DNA of 56,971 bases from Alphaproteobacteria bacterium (GCA_017467335.1 JAFTSJ010000034.1:1-56971); one strand, 5' to 3'. Shown: positions 11,317 through 20,799, counted from the first letter of the stretch. Notes: generated by a model not told the origin, from the letters alone. Numbers and translations: made by a program.

Positions 11317-11433
11317 AGTCCGATAATCGCAAAGCAGCTCGCACCATGCATTATAGCCCTTGATTACACAAGGGCTTTTTTTTGGACGCAGGTATTCCGC
11401 CAAATTAGATGGTTCGATTGCGAAAAATCACCA
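11317..11433 (+). other. tRNA-3'-end-like scars (possible att remnants) around a terminator
   Basis: AGTCCGAT-N16-GCACCA (11317-11346), hairpin agcccttg-attaca-caagggct-T7 (11355-11383), GGTTCGATT-N9-CACCA (11411-11433). Confidence 0.4.
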
Positions 11434-11464
11434 AGAATCTTCAATTATCAGACTTTTTCTTTGT

Positions 11465-12172
11465 TTAATGTTGTGATTTTTTAGCATTTAGTATTGCTTG
11501 TTGAACAACTGAAAGGGTATCTTTTGACGTATCCTCTTGTGCCATATTTTTACCATCTTCTGCAAATTTTGCAGGTCGATTTATTAACTCTCCTGAGTTA
11601 TTAGCTTCTTTCAAAATTCCTGTTCTGACCAATTCCAAGATTGTTTCCAAAGCTGTACCTGCATTTCTAACCCCTTTAACAAAAGTATCATCACTTAATT
11701 TTGCTCTAAATTGTTCTAAATTTGAAATTATAAATACTTTGGCCGGTGTTCGTTCTAAAATGTCCTTGTTGTTACCTACCCTAACGGAAATAGGTTTTAT
11801 CACATCATGAGATACCCACTCACCACTAAAAATACCCTTCTCCGAAACAATAGGAGTAAAATTTTCCGATGATACAATGTGTTCATAATATGTATCCTTC
11901 ATTTTCTCAAAAATAAAAATCCGATTCACTTTCCCGTCAGAATCACGATAAGGAATAGAATAATTTATCATTCCTTGCCGTTCATTGCAACGCAAAGCAT
12001 AAAAATCACTATCTGAACTGGTTGCACAAACAATATCACCCATCTGTTGATGATGTTTATCAACATTCGGATGCGGAACAATTTCTGATAATTCCCTCCA
12101 TGAAGTATGTGTTAAAGTCGGATATTTTTTCCTTAAAAAAGCAATTCTTTCTTCCCCTGTTAACAGTGGCAT
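11465..12172 (-). CDS. Hypothetical protein
   Basis: 235-aa ORF with AAGGAGGT RBS and upstream TTGTAA-17-TATCAT; no family recognised. Confidence 0.8.
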   Translation of the reverse strand: MPLLTGEERIAFLRKKYPTLTHTSWRELSEIVPHPNVDKHHQQMGDIVCATSSDSDFYALRCNERQGMINYSIPYRDSDGKVNRIFIFEKMKDTYYEHIVSSENFTPIVSEKGIFSGEWVSHDVIKPISVRVGNNKDILERTPAKVFIISNLEQFRAKLSDDTFVKGVRNAGTALETILELVRTGILKEANNSGELINRPAKFAEDGKNMAQEDTSKDTLSVVQQAILNAKKSQH

Positions 12173-12222
12173 ATTACCTCCTTTTCCCTAAATGATAACA
12201 AAATTTTTGATGAATTACAACT
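11878..12222. repeat. Direct repeat copy 2 (partner 10931..11276)
   Basis: Covers the 5' part of the 235-aa gene, its RBS and its promoter up to the -35 box. Confidence 0.92.
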
Positions 12223-12330
12223 TTTTTTGAACTTTTTTGCAACAAATCCCGTCTCATATTCAAATTTTATATAGAAATTTTTCAATATTATTTTTTTACA
12301 TCATCCCTTCATCATTTTTTTAAATTTAAC

Positions 12331-12358
12331 TTGACAAAACAATATTTTGAGATACAAT
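12331..12358 (+). promoter_or_regulatory. Sigma70-type promoter
   Basis: TTGACA-16 bp-TACAAT upstream of the 12400 gene. Confidence 0.6.
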
Positions 12359-12399
12359 GTAAATATTGTACAAAAATATAAACATAAAAAGAAGGTCAT

Positions 12400-13554
12400 A
12401 TGAAATTAAAAAAAGAACTGCTTTTAACAACTGCATTGAGTTCGATTTTGTTTTCTGCCTGTGATTCGAGGATACAGTATTTAGCAACAGCCAATTCCTT
12501 TATTCCGGCAGAAGATGCATACATTGTAAAAAAATCCGAAATGGAAGATTCAATTGATGATTTATCAGTAACGCAATCTCGCAAAGCACAATTAAGGCAG
12601 ATACTACACTCTTTCGGCAACACCATACACGGACACCATATTATTACAGGAGCCCAGCAACATACACAATTTACAGTTGCCAATAATATTCCGGGTGTTG
12701 CAGCTTACTCAATGGTTACAAACAAAGTAATTATTAAAAACGATAGCCAAGCAGAACGCATGTCAGACAATGATTGGTACTGTTCCGTTTCTCATGAATT
12801 ATTACACAGCTATCAACGTAATCACGCCTTAGGTTTATTACAGGGCGTTTCTCCGCAACAATACATGTTTATTATTAAATTATACGAAGCCGAGGCACAT
12901 GCTTTGGAAAAATTTAGTGATAGTTTATGGAGTGCCGGTAGAAGCATTAAACAAATGATGGCCGCTGATTCAGGTGATTTATTATGGGCTTCATTTTATG
13001 AACCGGTGTTAATGGCTGATTTAAGAAGTGTTGCTCAAAAAGGCGTATTAACAACACATGGGAATCCCATGGCCATTCAACATACACTTGATTATTTTGA
13101 ACAGGTATATGGTATCACCTTTAATAATGCAGATATTGAAAGAGGAGGTGTTTCTTCTTCCCGTCTTGGCGAGTTTAATTCTTTATGTCAGCAAATAACA
13201 TCAAGTGGAGTATTGGAAAAAGGCAATCAAGCATTTGCTGCCAAACAACAAATGGCAAACAAATTTGAACAATATGTAGCACATGCTCCATCAATCCAAT
13301 CCATCATCAATTATTTTTATAATTTCAGTGGCATCAAACCAACCCATGTTGCCGAAGCACAAATTTTATTAGATTCGGACAATCCATATGCTTTGGCAGC
13401 CTTACAAACTCTTGTTTCAAACGGACAAATTAAAGGTAATTTGGATACATTAAAAACAAAAACAGAATTAAAAGAAGTTGAATTAAGTTTAGTAAAACAA
13501 AGCGTTTTAGAAGCATGGCAATTAAAACGTATTCAAACACAGCATACAAAATAA
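12400..13554 (+). CDS. Putative lipoprotein with zincin-like HEXXH metallopeptidase motif
   Basis: Signal peptide with FSAC lipobox; SHELLHSYQ followed by EAEAHALE. Confidence 0.7.
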   Translation: MKLKKELLLTTALSSILFSACDSRIQYLATANSFIPAEDAYIVKKSEMEDSIDDLSVTQSRKAQLRQILHSFGNTIHGHHIITGAQQHTQFTVANNIPGVAAYSMVTNKVIIKNDSQAERMSDNDWYCSVSHELLHSYQRNHALGLLQGVSPQQYMFIIKLYEAEAHALEKFSDSLWSAGRSIKQMMAADSGDLLWASFYEPVLMADLRSVAQKGVLTTHGNPMAIQHTLDYFEQVYGITFNNADIERGGVSSSRLGEFNSLCQQITSSGVLEKGNQAFAAKQQMANKFEQYVAHAPSIQSIINYFYNFSGIKPTHVAEAQILLDSDNPYALAALQTLVSNGQIKGNLDTLKTKTELKEVELSLVKQSVLEAWQLKRIQTQHTK

Positions 13555-13575
13555 ACAATCGTTATTTACAGTATT

Positions 13576-13608
13576 AAGCCGATAAAACAAATATTTTATC
13601 GGCTTTTT
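13576..13608 (+). terminator. Intrinsic terminator
   Basis: aagccgataaaa-caaata-ttttatcggctt followed by Ts. Confidence 0.75.
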
Positions 13609-13655
13609 GTATGACTATTCTTCTAGTCACACACCTTATATTGTATTTCAAGACT

Positions 13656-13685
13656 AAAAAAAAGCACTTCCGAAAAAGTGCTTTT
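13656..13685 (-). terminator. Intrinsic terminator of the 13713..14414 gene
   Basis: aaaagcactt-ccgaaa-aagtgctttt with an upstream A tract (U tract on the minus strand). Confidence 0.7.
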
Positions 13686-13712
13686 ATCAAACAACAAATT
13701 CAAATACAATTA

Positions 13713-14414
13713 TTATAGCACCTTACTTATCTCAATCATTTGATGAATTGTTTGTTGGTCATATTCAACACTCTCATCTATCGGCATACCATGTTGCCGT
13801 AATGTAGCACATGCTGTTGCTAACTGCTCTGAATCCAAGGCTGATGTCGATTCGGAGCGGGTATTTGAGTTTGAATTTTTCTTCTTTTGTTGTTTCTGAT
13901 TTCGCGTACCTAATCGTTCAAGAGCTTCTTTATTTCTTTCAAAATAATCCTCACAATCTTTTTTAAATTTACCTGACTTATCCGCTTTTAGCCCATCATT
14001 TATCATAGCAATCACAACATCTTGCTTATCCGTATCTTTATCGGAACCAAACAGTATCAACATAGCAGACATATAACTTCTGCCTGCAAATTGGGATTTT
14101 TCTGATAAAATATCTAAACCCTGTTCCTTGGCCCACTTGTAACCAGCTATCGTTGCAGGATGTACTGTTTGAATATCACACCGAAGACGACCGGCTTTCC
14201 ATTCTCTATCCAAAATTTCAAGTGCCTGAGGTAATTTGTGATATAACAATTGTTGGACTTTTTGTTGATCCGTATAATCTTTATTTTCCAAAATAAGGGC
14301 AGGTTCTCTGGCTTCCTTCCACTTTCTTTCTGTATGTTCAGACAGCTTTCCAGAAAAATCACGAGCTTTTTGTCTCATTTCCATTGCCTGTTCTTCATTT
14401 TTAGTAGCACTCAT
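13713..14414 (-). CDS. Hypothetical protein (helical, charged)
   Basis: 233-aa ORF with AAAGGA RBS; no family recognised. Confidence 0.75.
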   Translation of the reverse strand: MSATKNEEQAMEMRQKARDFSGKLSEHTERKWKEAREPALILENKDYTDQQKVQQLLYHKLPQALEILDREWKAGRLRCDIQTVHPATIAGYKWAKEQGLDILSEKSQFAGRSYMSAMLILFGSDKDTDKQDVVIAMINDGLKADKSGKFKKDCEDYFERNKEALERLGTRNQKQQKKKNSNSNTRSESTSALDSEQLATACATLRQHGMPIDESVEYDQQTIHQMIEISKVL

Positions 14415-14618
14415 AATTTTATCCTTTCTTTAAATATGACAGCTTGTCTTTATTTTAACACAAAACGTCAATCCAAGCAAGCATTTATTTATACACATGA
14501 AAATTACCATATATAAATAGAAAAACATATTTAATTAAAATAAATTTTGACTTTCAACTTAATTTATGGTCTAATTTTGCATACAATATATCAACTTTAT
14601 CTGACAGGGAATATCAAT

Positions 14619-15581
14619 ATGTATCAATATATTGTTTTTCATTTAACAAATAACATCAAAAAAATATTATTTATTTTTACATTTATGTTTTTTAGTGTGA
14701 TCGGATTTAATCTTTCAAAGTGTATTTATAATATATACAATCCTGTGGTTATTGCTTTTTCCGTTGATAATAATTATGCGTTGTTTATTCCTGTTACAAT
14801 TAAATCTATTGAAAAACACAGCAATCCTAACCGCCTTTATAAAATATTTGTTTTAGGAAATAAAATATCAGATAAAAATGCACAAAACATTCTAAAACTT
14901 CAATCAAAAAACATTAAAATCAAAATCATTAACATCAACGATTATGTTGTCAAAGAAAAGATTGATACATTCAGAACCTTAATGCATATTAACACGGCGA
15001 CATATTACCGTTTTTTCATTCCTGAAATTTTAAAAGATTATAAAAAAGCACTTTATTTAGAAGCCGATCAAATTTTGTTAGATGATGTTGCTCATCTGTT
15101 TGATACCAACTTAAATAATCAATCACTCGGCGTTATTCCTCAACCGCAATATCAGGGGACACAATCTCAATCATGGCAACATTATTGTCGGCACACCTTA
15201 AAAATGACAAATCATGAAGTATATTTTAATGCCGGTGTGCTGGTTATGAATTTGGAAAAATTACGAAAGAACCATTTTCGAAAAAAAGCATTAGAATTGG
15301 CTCAAACAAAAAATTTTACCTATTTAGACCAAGATATACTGAATTTTATGTTTTCAAATGATTGTACCGTTATTTCTCATGCTTGGAATGTCGAAATATT
15401 TATTCTGCGTCAAAAACCAAAATATACAACACCAAAATTGATACATTTTACAGCATATTATAAACCATGGAATACAAGTAAACCGAACCAAAATTCTTTC
15501 CCATATAGTGATTTGTTTTGGGAATATGCTCGTCAAACAGATTCGTATAATGATATTTTAAATCTCGCAACAAAAAAATAA
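14619..15581 (+). CDS. Glycosyltransferase family 8 with N-terminal membrane anchor
   Basis: TYYRFFIP, YLEAD, YFNAGVLVMN, DQDILN, IHFT..KPW; start at ATG 14619. Confidence 0.9.
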   Translation: MYQYIVFHLTNNIKKILFIFTFMFFSVIGFNLSKCIYNIYNPVVIAFSVDNNYALFIPVTIKSIEKHSNPNRLYKIFVLGNKISDKNAQNILKLQSKNIKIKIININDYVVKEKIDTFRTLMHINTATYYRFFIPEILKDYKKALYLEADQILLDDVAHLFDTNLNNQSLGVIPQPQYQGTQSQSWQHYCRHTLKMTNHEVYFNAGVLVMNLEKLRKNHFRKKALELAQTKNFTYLDQDILNFMFSNDCTVISHAWNVEIFILRQKPKYTTPKLIHFTAYYKPWNTSKPNQNSFPYSDLFWEYARQTDSYNDILNLATKK

Positions 15582-15640
15582 AAACATATCTTTAAACAAT
15601 CATCTCTTGAAAATTTGATTTAACCGCTTATCTTAACGGT

Positions 15641-16477
15641 ATGAAAAAATATATAATGTTTATATTACCGTTATTTTGTAAGACGGCCTTTACTCAACCG
15701 ATTAGCGAATGTATTCCATACAATGTATTGTACGGTCATGAGTTAATTTTTGACCTCAATCAAGAACCGATATTAAAAATGTTAAAACAAGATTTAGCTC
15801 AATCGGATTTATTAGGTAATATACCTTCTTTTTCTCTTTTTAAACAAAGTATTAACAACGTTCTTTATCCAAATGGTCGAATTAAGGTTTCTTTTGGACA
15901 AATACCCAATCCGATACAAGGCGTTCAACATATTTTTTATGAAAACGGAAATATTTTTTCATCAATTTTCTATGCGGATGCCGTTAAAAACGGACATCAA
16001 AAAATTTATTATGCAAACGGTGTTATGATGGCCGATATTCCTTATTCATCTGACAACATTGATGGTGAATTAAAAACATATTATCCTAATGGTAATCTGA
16101 AAATGAAACAATCCTTTCAAAATAACGTGCCTATCGGTATCGGACAAATGTTTCATGAAAACGGTAATTTGCAATTAACACAAACATATCAAAACGGCTT
16201 TGCAAACGGAACACAAACTCAATATTATCATGATGGCATTACCACACAATCCATTATCACTTATCAAGAAGGCATTATAAATGGTACAGCCTATTTTTAT
16301 TATCCCGACTCAACATTACTGGCAAAAATAATTTTTGATAACGGCGTTGTTATTGACAATATTTGTTATACACCGCTTCGACAAATATCTCAATTAAATC
16401 AAATTGATTTATACAAAATAAAAAACGGCATTCGTCCGATAGAATGTCACTATCAAAGCGAAAACATCACGCAATAG
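15641..16477 (+). CDS. Exported MORN-variant repeat (YwqK-like) protein
   Basis: Signal peptide and repeated G...YY(P/E)NG units. Confidence 0.8.
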   Translation: MKKYIMFILPLFCKTAFTQPISECIPYNVLYGHELIFDLNQEPILKMLKQDLAQSDLLGNIPSFSLFKQSINNVLYPNGRIKVSFGQIPNPIQGVQHIFYENGNIFSSIFYADAVKNGHQKIYYANGVMMADIPYSSDNIDGELKTYYPNGNLKMKQSFQNNVPIGIGQMFHENGNLQLTQTYQNGFANGTQTQYYHDGITTQSIITYQEGIINGTAYFYYPDSTLLAKIIFDNGVVIDNICYTPLRQISQLNQIDLYKIKNGIRPIECHYQSENITQ

Positions 16478-16502
16478 TCCTTTCCTTTTATCATAAATAA
16501 TA

Positions 16503-16531
16503 TTGACAAGCACATAAGAATATTTTATCCT
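16503..16531 (+). promoter_or_regulatory. Sigma70-type promoter
   Basis: TTGACA-17 bp-TATCCT upstream of the endonuclease I gene. Confidence 0.55.
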
Positions 16532-16552
16532 TGTTTCAATAAAGGAAGAAAA

Positions 16553-17335
16553 ATGTTCAAACGATTGATTGTCTGTTTTATACTCGGTATCATAATTGTT
16601 GGCTCACCTGTTTATTCTCAGGCACAAAATATACACATTACGTCCTTTTCAAAATCAAAAAAAATCTTACAAAATGATATTTATTCGGATTATTTCAAAA
16701 CGGTTTATTGTGCGTCAACATATCATCCTAAAAGCAAAAAAATATTAACCTACCCTCTTTTTTTTGACAGAACAATTATGCAAAATCGTTCCGATCGAAT
16801 TGAATATGAACATATTGTTCCGGCTGAAAATTTTGGTGGGATATTGCCTGAATGGAAAAACGGTCATAGTTCCTGTCAAACGAAAGGAAAACCTTATAAA
16901 GGACGCCGATGTGCCGAAAAAACAAACCGTTTATTTAAATTGATGCAAGCAGATATGTATAATCTTTATCCGGCCATCGGATCGGTAAACGGTGTTCGTT
17001 CAAATAAACAATTTGTTCAACTGCCTCGATTTGTTCCGTCTTCTTTCGGTACATGTCATTTTAAAATTTCTGATAATTTGGCAGAACCACCCAATCGTGC
17101 CAAAGGAATTGTGGCACGGACATATTTATATTTCGATGAAGTTTATTTTCCTCACTTTAAATTGAATCATGAACAAACGGCACTTATGATTGATTGGCAT
17201 ATCAAATATCCGGTTACACAATGGGAATGTATCCGAACTTATCGAATTGAACAAATACAAAAATCAGAAAATCTTATCACGAAACAGGCCTGTCAAAAAG
17301 CAAATTTATGGCCAATAAAAAATAACAAACATTAA
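16553..17335 (+). CDS. endA: Periplasmic/extracellular endonuclease I (EndA/Vvn family)
   Basis: Signal peptide; IEYEHIVPAENFG, GRRCA, MQADMYNLYPAIGSVNGVRSN, KGIVARTYLYF. Confidence 0.88.
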   Translation: MFKRLIVCFILGIIIVGSPVYSQAQNIHITSFSKSKKILQNDIYSDYFKTVYCASTYHPKSKKILTYPLFFDRTIMQNRSDRIEYEHIVPAENFGGILPEWKNGHSSCQTKGKPYKGRRCAEKTNRLFKLMQADMYNLYPAIGSVNGVRSNKQFVQLPRFVPSSFGTCHFKISDNLAEPPNRAKGIVARTYLYFDEVYFPHFKLNHEQTALMIDWHIKYPVTQWECIRTYRIEQIQKSENLITKQACQKANLWPIKNNKH

Positions 17336-17346
17336 AAGGGGAATCT

Positions 17347-18177
17347 ATGTTAAAAATCGGTGCTCATCTTTCTGCTTCAAAAGGATATATGGCCATGTTA
17401 AATGAAATGGCTCAAATGGGGGCAAATACATTTCAATTTTTCACACGGAATCCACGAGGTGGAAAAGCCAAAGAACTTAATATGGATGATATTCATTCCT
17501 TTATAAAAACCATGCCGTTGCACGGTGTTGAATCCGTTTTAGCTCATGCGTCTTATACCATCAATCCATGTTCAAAAGATTCAACAATACGACAATTTGC
17601 TTTAAATACCATTATCGATGATTTAAATCGTTTATCACATACCCCAAATCAATTTTATAATATACACCCCGGTTCACATGTCGGACAAGGAACACAAATC
17701 GGCATTCAATACATTGCCGATACGCTGAATCAGGTACTTAAACCGGATATGACAACGCATTTTTTATTAGAAACCATGTCCGGTAAAGGCAGTGAAATCG
17801 GATCTTCGTTTCATGAACTGAAAGAAATTATTAACCGGTGTGAATTGGGTCATTTAATCGGTGTTTGTTTAGATACCTGTCATGTTTATTCAGCAGGTTA
17901 TGATATTGTCAATAATTTAGATGGCGTATTAGAAGAATTTGACACCATTTTGGGATTAAATCGTTTAAAAATGATACACTTAAACGATAGTTTACTGCCA
18001 TTCAACTGTAAAAATGACCGTCATGCCCGAATTGGCGAAGGAACAATCGGAGCTGATGCACTTGTCAGACTTATCAATCATCCCAGATTAAAAAATCTTT
18101 CATTTATTTTGGAAACACCTAATGAATTTGACGGTTATAAAAAAGAAATTGCCTTTTTCAAAGCAAATTCAAATTAA
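17347..18177 (+). CDS. nfo: Endonuclease IV (AP endonuclease)
   Basis: IGAHLS, AHASY, HPGS, LETMSGKG, CLDTCH, HLNDS, DRHARIG, LETP. Confidence 0.95.
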   Translation: MLKIGAHLSASKGYMAMLNEMAQMGANTFQFFTRNPRGGKAKELNMDDIHSFIKTMPLHGVESVLAHASYTINPCSKDSTIRQFALNTIIDDLNRLSHTPNQFYNIHPGSHVGQGTQIGIQYIADTLNQVLKPDMTTHFLLETMSGKGSEIGSSFHELKEIINRCELGHLIGVCLDTCHVYSAGYDIVNNLDGVLEEFDTILGLNRLKMIHLNDSLLPFNCKNDRHARIGEGTIGADALVRLINHPRLKNLSFILETPNEFDGYKKEIAFFKANSN

Positions 18178-18648
18178 AATATAGCCGTTTAAATACAAGG
18201 CAAATAACCCCCATATAAATTGCGGAACCAAAAGAGCTGCTGACACCAAACTGGTTTTATAAAATTCACGAATTGTTAAAAATAAAAAAAGCAACATCAA
18301 TATAATAACAATCAAACCACCGATTATACTATGTAAGTAAAAGAAAACAAACGGCCACAATCCCGTACAAATCAATTGAAAAGCAAAAAAACGAGGCGTA
18401 GCTTTATCCCAAGTAATAAATGCCGCAATTGCCATAAACAAATACAACAAACTCCACACCATACCAAAAACAGCATCCGGCGGTGTTAACGGTGATAAAG
18501 ACAATGTATGATACCAATTTAATCGATCAGGCGTTACAAAACTGCTTCCAATCCAACCAACGGCGTAAACAAATACCAAAATAAAAAACAAGCGACCGGC
18601 TCTTATCCATATATTATCTTTTTGAGATATAATTTGATTTTGTTTCAT
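18169..18648 (-). CDS. tspO: TspO/MBR family membrane protein
   Basis: WYHTLSLSPLTPPDAVFGMVWSLLY, WPFVFF, LLVPQFIW..FA..LN. Confidence 0.9.
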   Translation of the reverse strand: MKQNQIISQKDNIWIRAGRLFFILVFVYAVGWIGSSFVTPDRLNWYHTLSLSPLTPPDAVFGMVWSLLYLFMAIAAFITWDKATPRFFAFQLICTGLWPFVFFYLHSIIGGLIVIILMLLFLFLTIREFYKTSLVSAALLVPQFIWGLFALYLNGYILI

Positions 18649-19388
18649 GCAACATTTCTTTCTATAAGTAATTGAATATTATTTTCTAACGGATAACTTA
18701 ATAAAGAATGATTATCCCCTTTAACTATATGGACACAAACATCTCTTGATTCAAGAGCATCTTTAATCCTAAATGAATTTTCAAAAGGAATAATATCATC
18801 TTTATCACCATGTGCCAAAATAACCGGACCATTATATCGAATTTGACGTTTTAACAATAAAAACGGTTCTGCTTCAACAAACATCGGATAAGAAAAACAA
18901 TGTCCGTGCGTTTCTTCATTCGGTCCGATAATGCCACCATTTTTTAACAAATCACGTATTTCATCATTAAATATATGTTTCCACACCATCGGTAAAAAAT
19001 CAACACCGGCAGCACATGTTAAAATTCCTTTTACCTGTTTCGGAAGTTTTTCAGCCAATAAAAAAGATATCCATCCGCCTAATGAACTACCAACCAAATA
19101 CAATGGCTCCTGAATATTATGATGAACAATAACCGTCATAACATCTTCTAAACATTGGTGGATTCTGAAATCATGCGGATAACCTTCTGATTCGCCATGC
19201 CCCGTATAATCAACCGACAAAAAAGAATAATTATTTTTCAAACAAAAATTGAATATCCGTTGCCCTTTTTCACTTTTACGAGAAGAACGCAATCCATGTA
19301 AATAAACAACACACGGATTGTTTTCATTTTTAACATATGTATAAGCAATTTCATATTCTTTTGAATTTTTAATTTTTTTATCTGACAT
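18645..19388 (-). CDS. Alpha/beta hydrolase
   Basis: HGLRS, DYTGHGES, GSSLGG nucleophile elbow, HGDKD, GDNH. Confidence 0.9.
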   Translation of the reverse strand: MSDKKIKNSKEYEIAYTYVKNENNPCVVYLHGLRSSRKSEKGQRIFNFCLKNNYSFLSVDYTGHGESEGYPHDFRIHQCLEDVMTVIVHHNIQEPLYLVGSSLGGWISFLLAEKLPKQVKGILTCAAGVDFLPMVWKHIFNDEIRDLLKNGGIIGPNEETHGHCFSYPMFVEAEPFLLLKRQIRYNGPVILAHGDKDDIIPFENSFRIKDALESRDVCVHIVKGDNHSLLSYPLENNIQLLIERNVA

Positions 19389-19435
19389 TGTTTTATATCC
19401 TTGATTTTATATTTGCATTAAGGTAGGTTATTTTT

Positions 19436-20185
19436 ATGCAAAATACAAGTTCTTTTATCCGTTTTATTAAAAAACATCTTTTTGAGGCTATTGATTTTGT
19501 TTTTCCGCCTCAATGTCCTTATTGTAACCAAATAATACATCGCTCACAAATAATGTGTGACGACTGTTTTAAGCAAATTCATTTTATTACCGGTTCGAAA
19601 TGTCATCGTTGCGGTCGGCCTTTACCTTTGACGGATTCGGAAGAAAAATTATTATGTCCTAATTGTATTGCTAAACGTAAAATTTATGATTTATCCCGTT
19701 CAGCATTTGTTTATGATTCATTTTCCAGAAACGCCATTTTGAAATTAAAACATGCCGATAGAACAGATTTAAGACATTTTTTTGTGCAGTATATGATTCG
19801 AGCCGGTGCTGATTTGTTTGAAAAAACAGATTTAATCATACCTGTACCCTTGCATTGGAAACGCCGTTTAACAAGAAAATATAATCAATCATCGGTATTA
19901 GCTGAACTTTTGGCAAAAAAAATAAAGAAACCTTATTCAACGACTGTATTAACACGCCAACGCTTTACACGCTCGCAAGCATTTAAAAACAATCAAAAAC
20001 GGAAAGAAAACGTCAAAAATGCTTTTTGTATCAATCCGAATTATGATATAAAGGGATTGTCTGTTTTGTTGATAGATGACGTTTTGACAACCGGAGCAAC
20101 GGCAGAAGCCTGTGCTAAAATACTGAAACAAAACGGAGCCAAAGCTGTTTATGTTTTAACAATCGCACAAGTCATACAAAATTAA
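19436..20185 (+). CDS. comF: ComF family phosphoribosyltransferase-like competence protein
   Basis: N-terminal CxxC zinc ribbons, PVPLH, RKYNQS, LIDDVLTTGAT. Confidence 0.92.
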   Translation: MQNTSSFIRFIKKHLFEAIDFVFPPQCPYCNQIIHRSQIMCDDCFKQIHFITGSKCHRCGRPLPLTDSEEKLLCPNCIAKRKIYDLSRSAFVYDSFSRNAILKLKHADRTDLRHFFVQYMIRAGADLFEKTDLIIPVPLHWKRRLTRKYNQSSVLAELLAKKIKKPYSTTVLTRQRFTRSQAFKNNQKRKENVKNAFCINPNYDIKGLSVLLIDDVLTTGATAEACAKILKQNGAKAVYVLTIAQVIQN

Positions 20186-20580
20186 ATTGCCTGACTTAAA
20201 AAACGAATCCGTTCAATCATAGCAAAAAAACCGTTTCTTCTGGTTGGAGATAAATTATCCGCCAAACCTAATTGGTCAAAAATCGTTTTAATATCAACAG
20301 ATTGTATTTCAGAAGCTGTTTTTTCATTTACTAATACCAACAAAACAAAAATTAAGCCCCGAACAATATGGGCATCACTTGTTGCTCGAAAATAATACTT
20401 GTTATCTTTTTTTTGAGAAATCAACCAAACCTGTGACATACAACCGTCAACTTTATTTTGAGGAATTTTATCGCTTTCCGAAAAATCTTCTAACATGTCA
20501 CCCAATTCTATTAAATAACGGTATTTATCTTCCCAATCCGTTAAAAAAGAAAAGTTTTCCAATAATTCTTCCTGTGTCAT
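20182..20580 (-). CDS. sufE: SufE family sulfur acceptor
   Basis: DWEDKYRYLIELG, VDGCMSQVW, SDAHIVRG, LSPTRRNG. Confidence 0.93.
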   Translation of the reverse strand: MTQEELLENFSFLTDWEDKYRYLIELGDMLEDFSESDKIPQNKVDGCMSQVWLISQKKDNKYYFRATSDAHIVRGLIFVLLVLVNEKTASEIQSVDIKTIFDQLGLADNLSPTRRNGFFAMIERIRFLSQAI

Positions 20581-20589
20581 ATCGTATCC

Positions 20590-20799
20590 TTAATCATGTT
20601 CCGCTGCTTCGGGAGATAAATCTTCCATATCACTTTCCGAAATTACATCCGGTACAGAAATAATATCTTGTTCCATTTCAGCAACAGGAGGAACATCAAC
20701 CACTGTTACCGATTTATTTTCTTCTTGCCCGAACATAAAAACAATCATAAAACCCAAAAATATAATTACAACAGTAAAAAAAATAAGATTTTTTTTCAT
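20590..20799 (-). CDS. Small single-TM protein with acidic tail
   Basis: MKKNLIFFTVVIIFLGFMIVFMFG followed by an acidic tail; start uncertain (20799 or 20805). Confidence 0.55.
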   Translation of the reverse strand: MKKNLIFFTVVIIFLGFMIVFMFGQEENKSVTVVDVPPVAEMEQDIISVPDVISESDMEDLSPEAAEHD

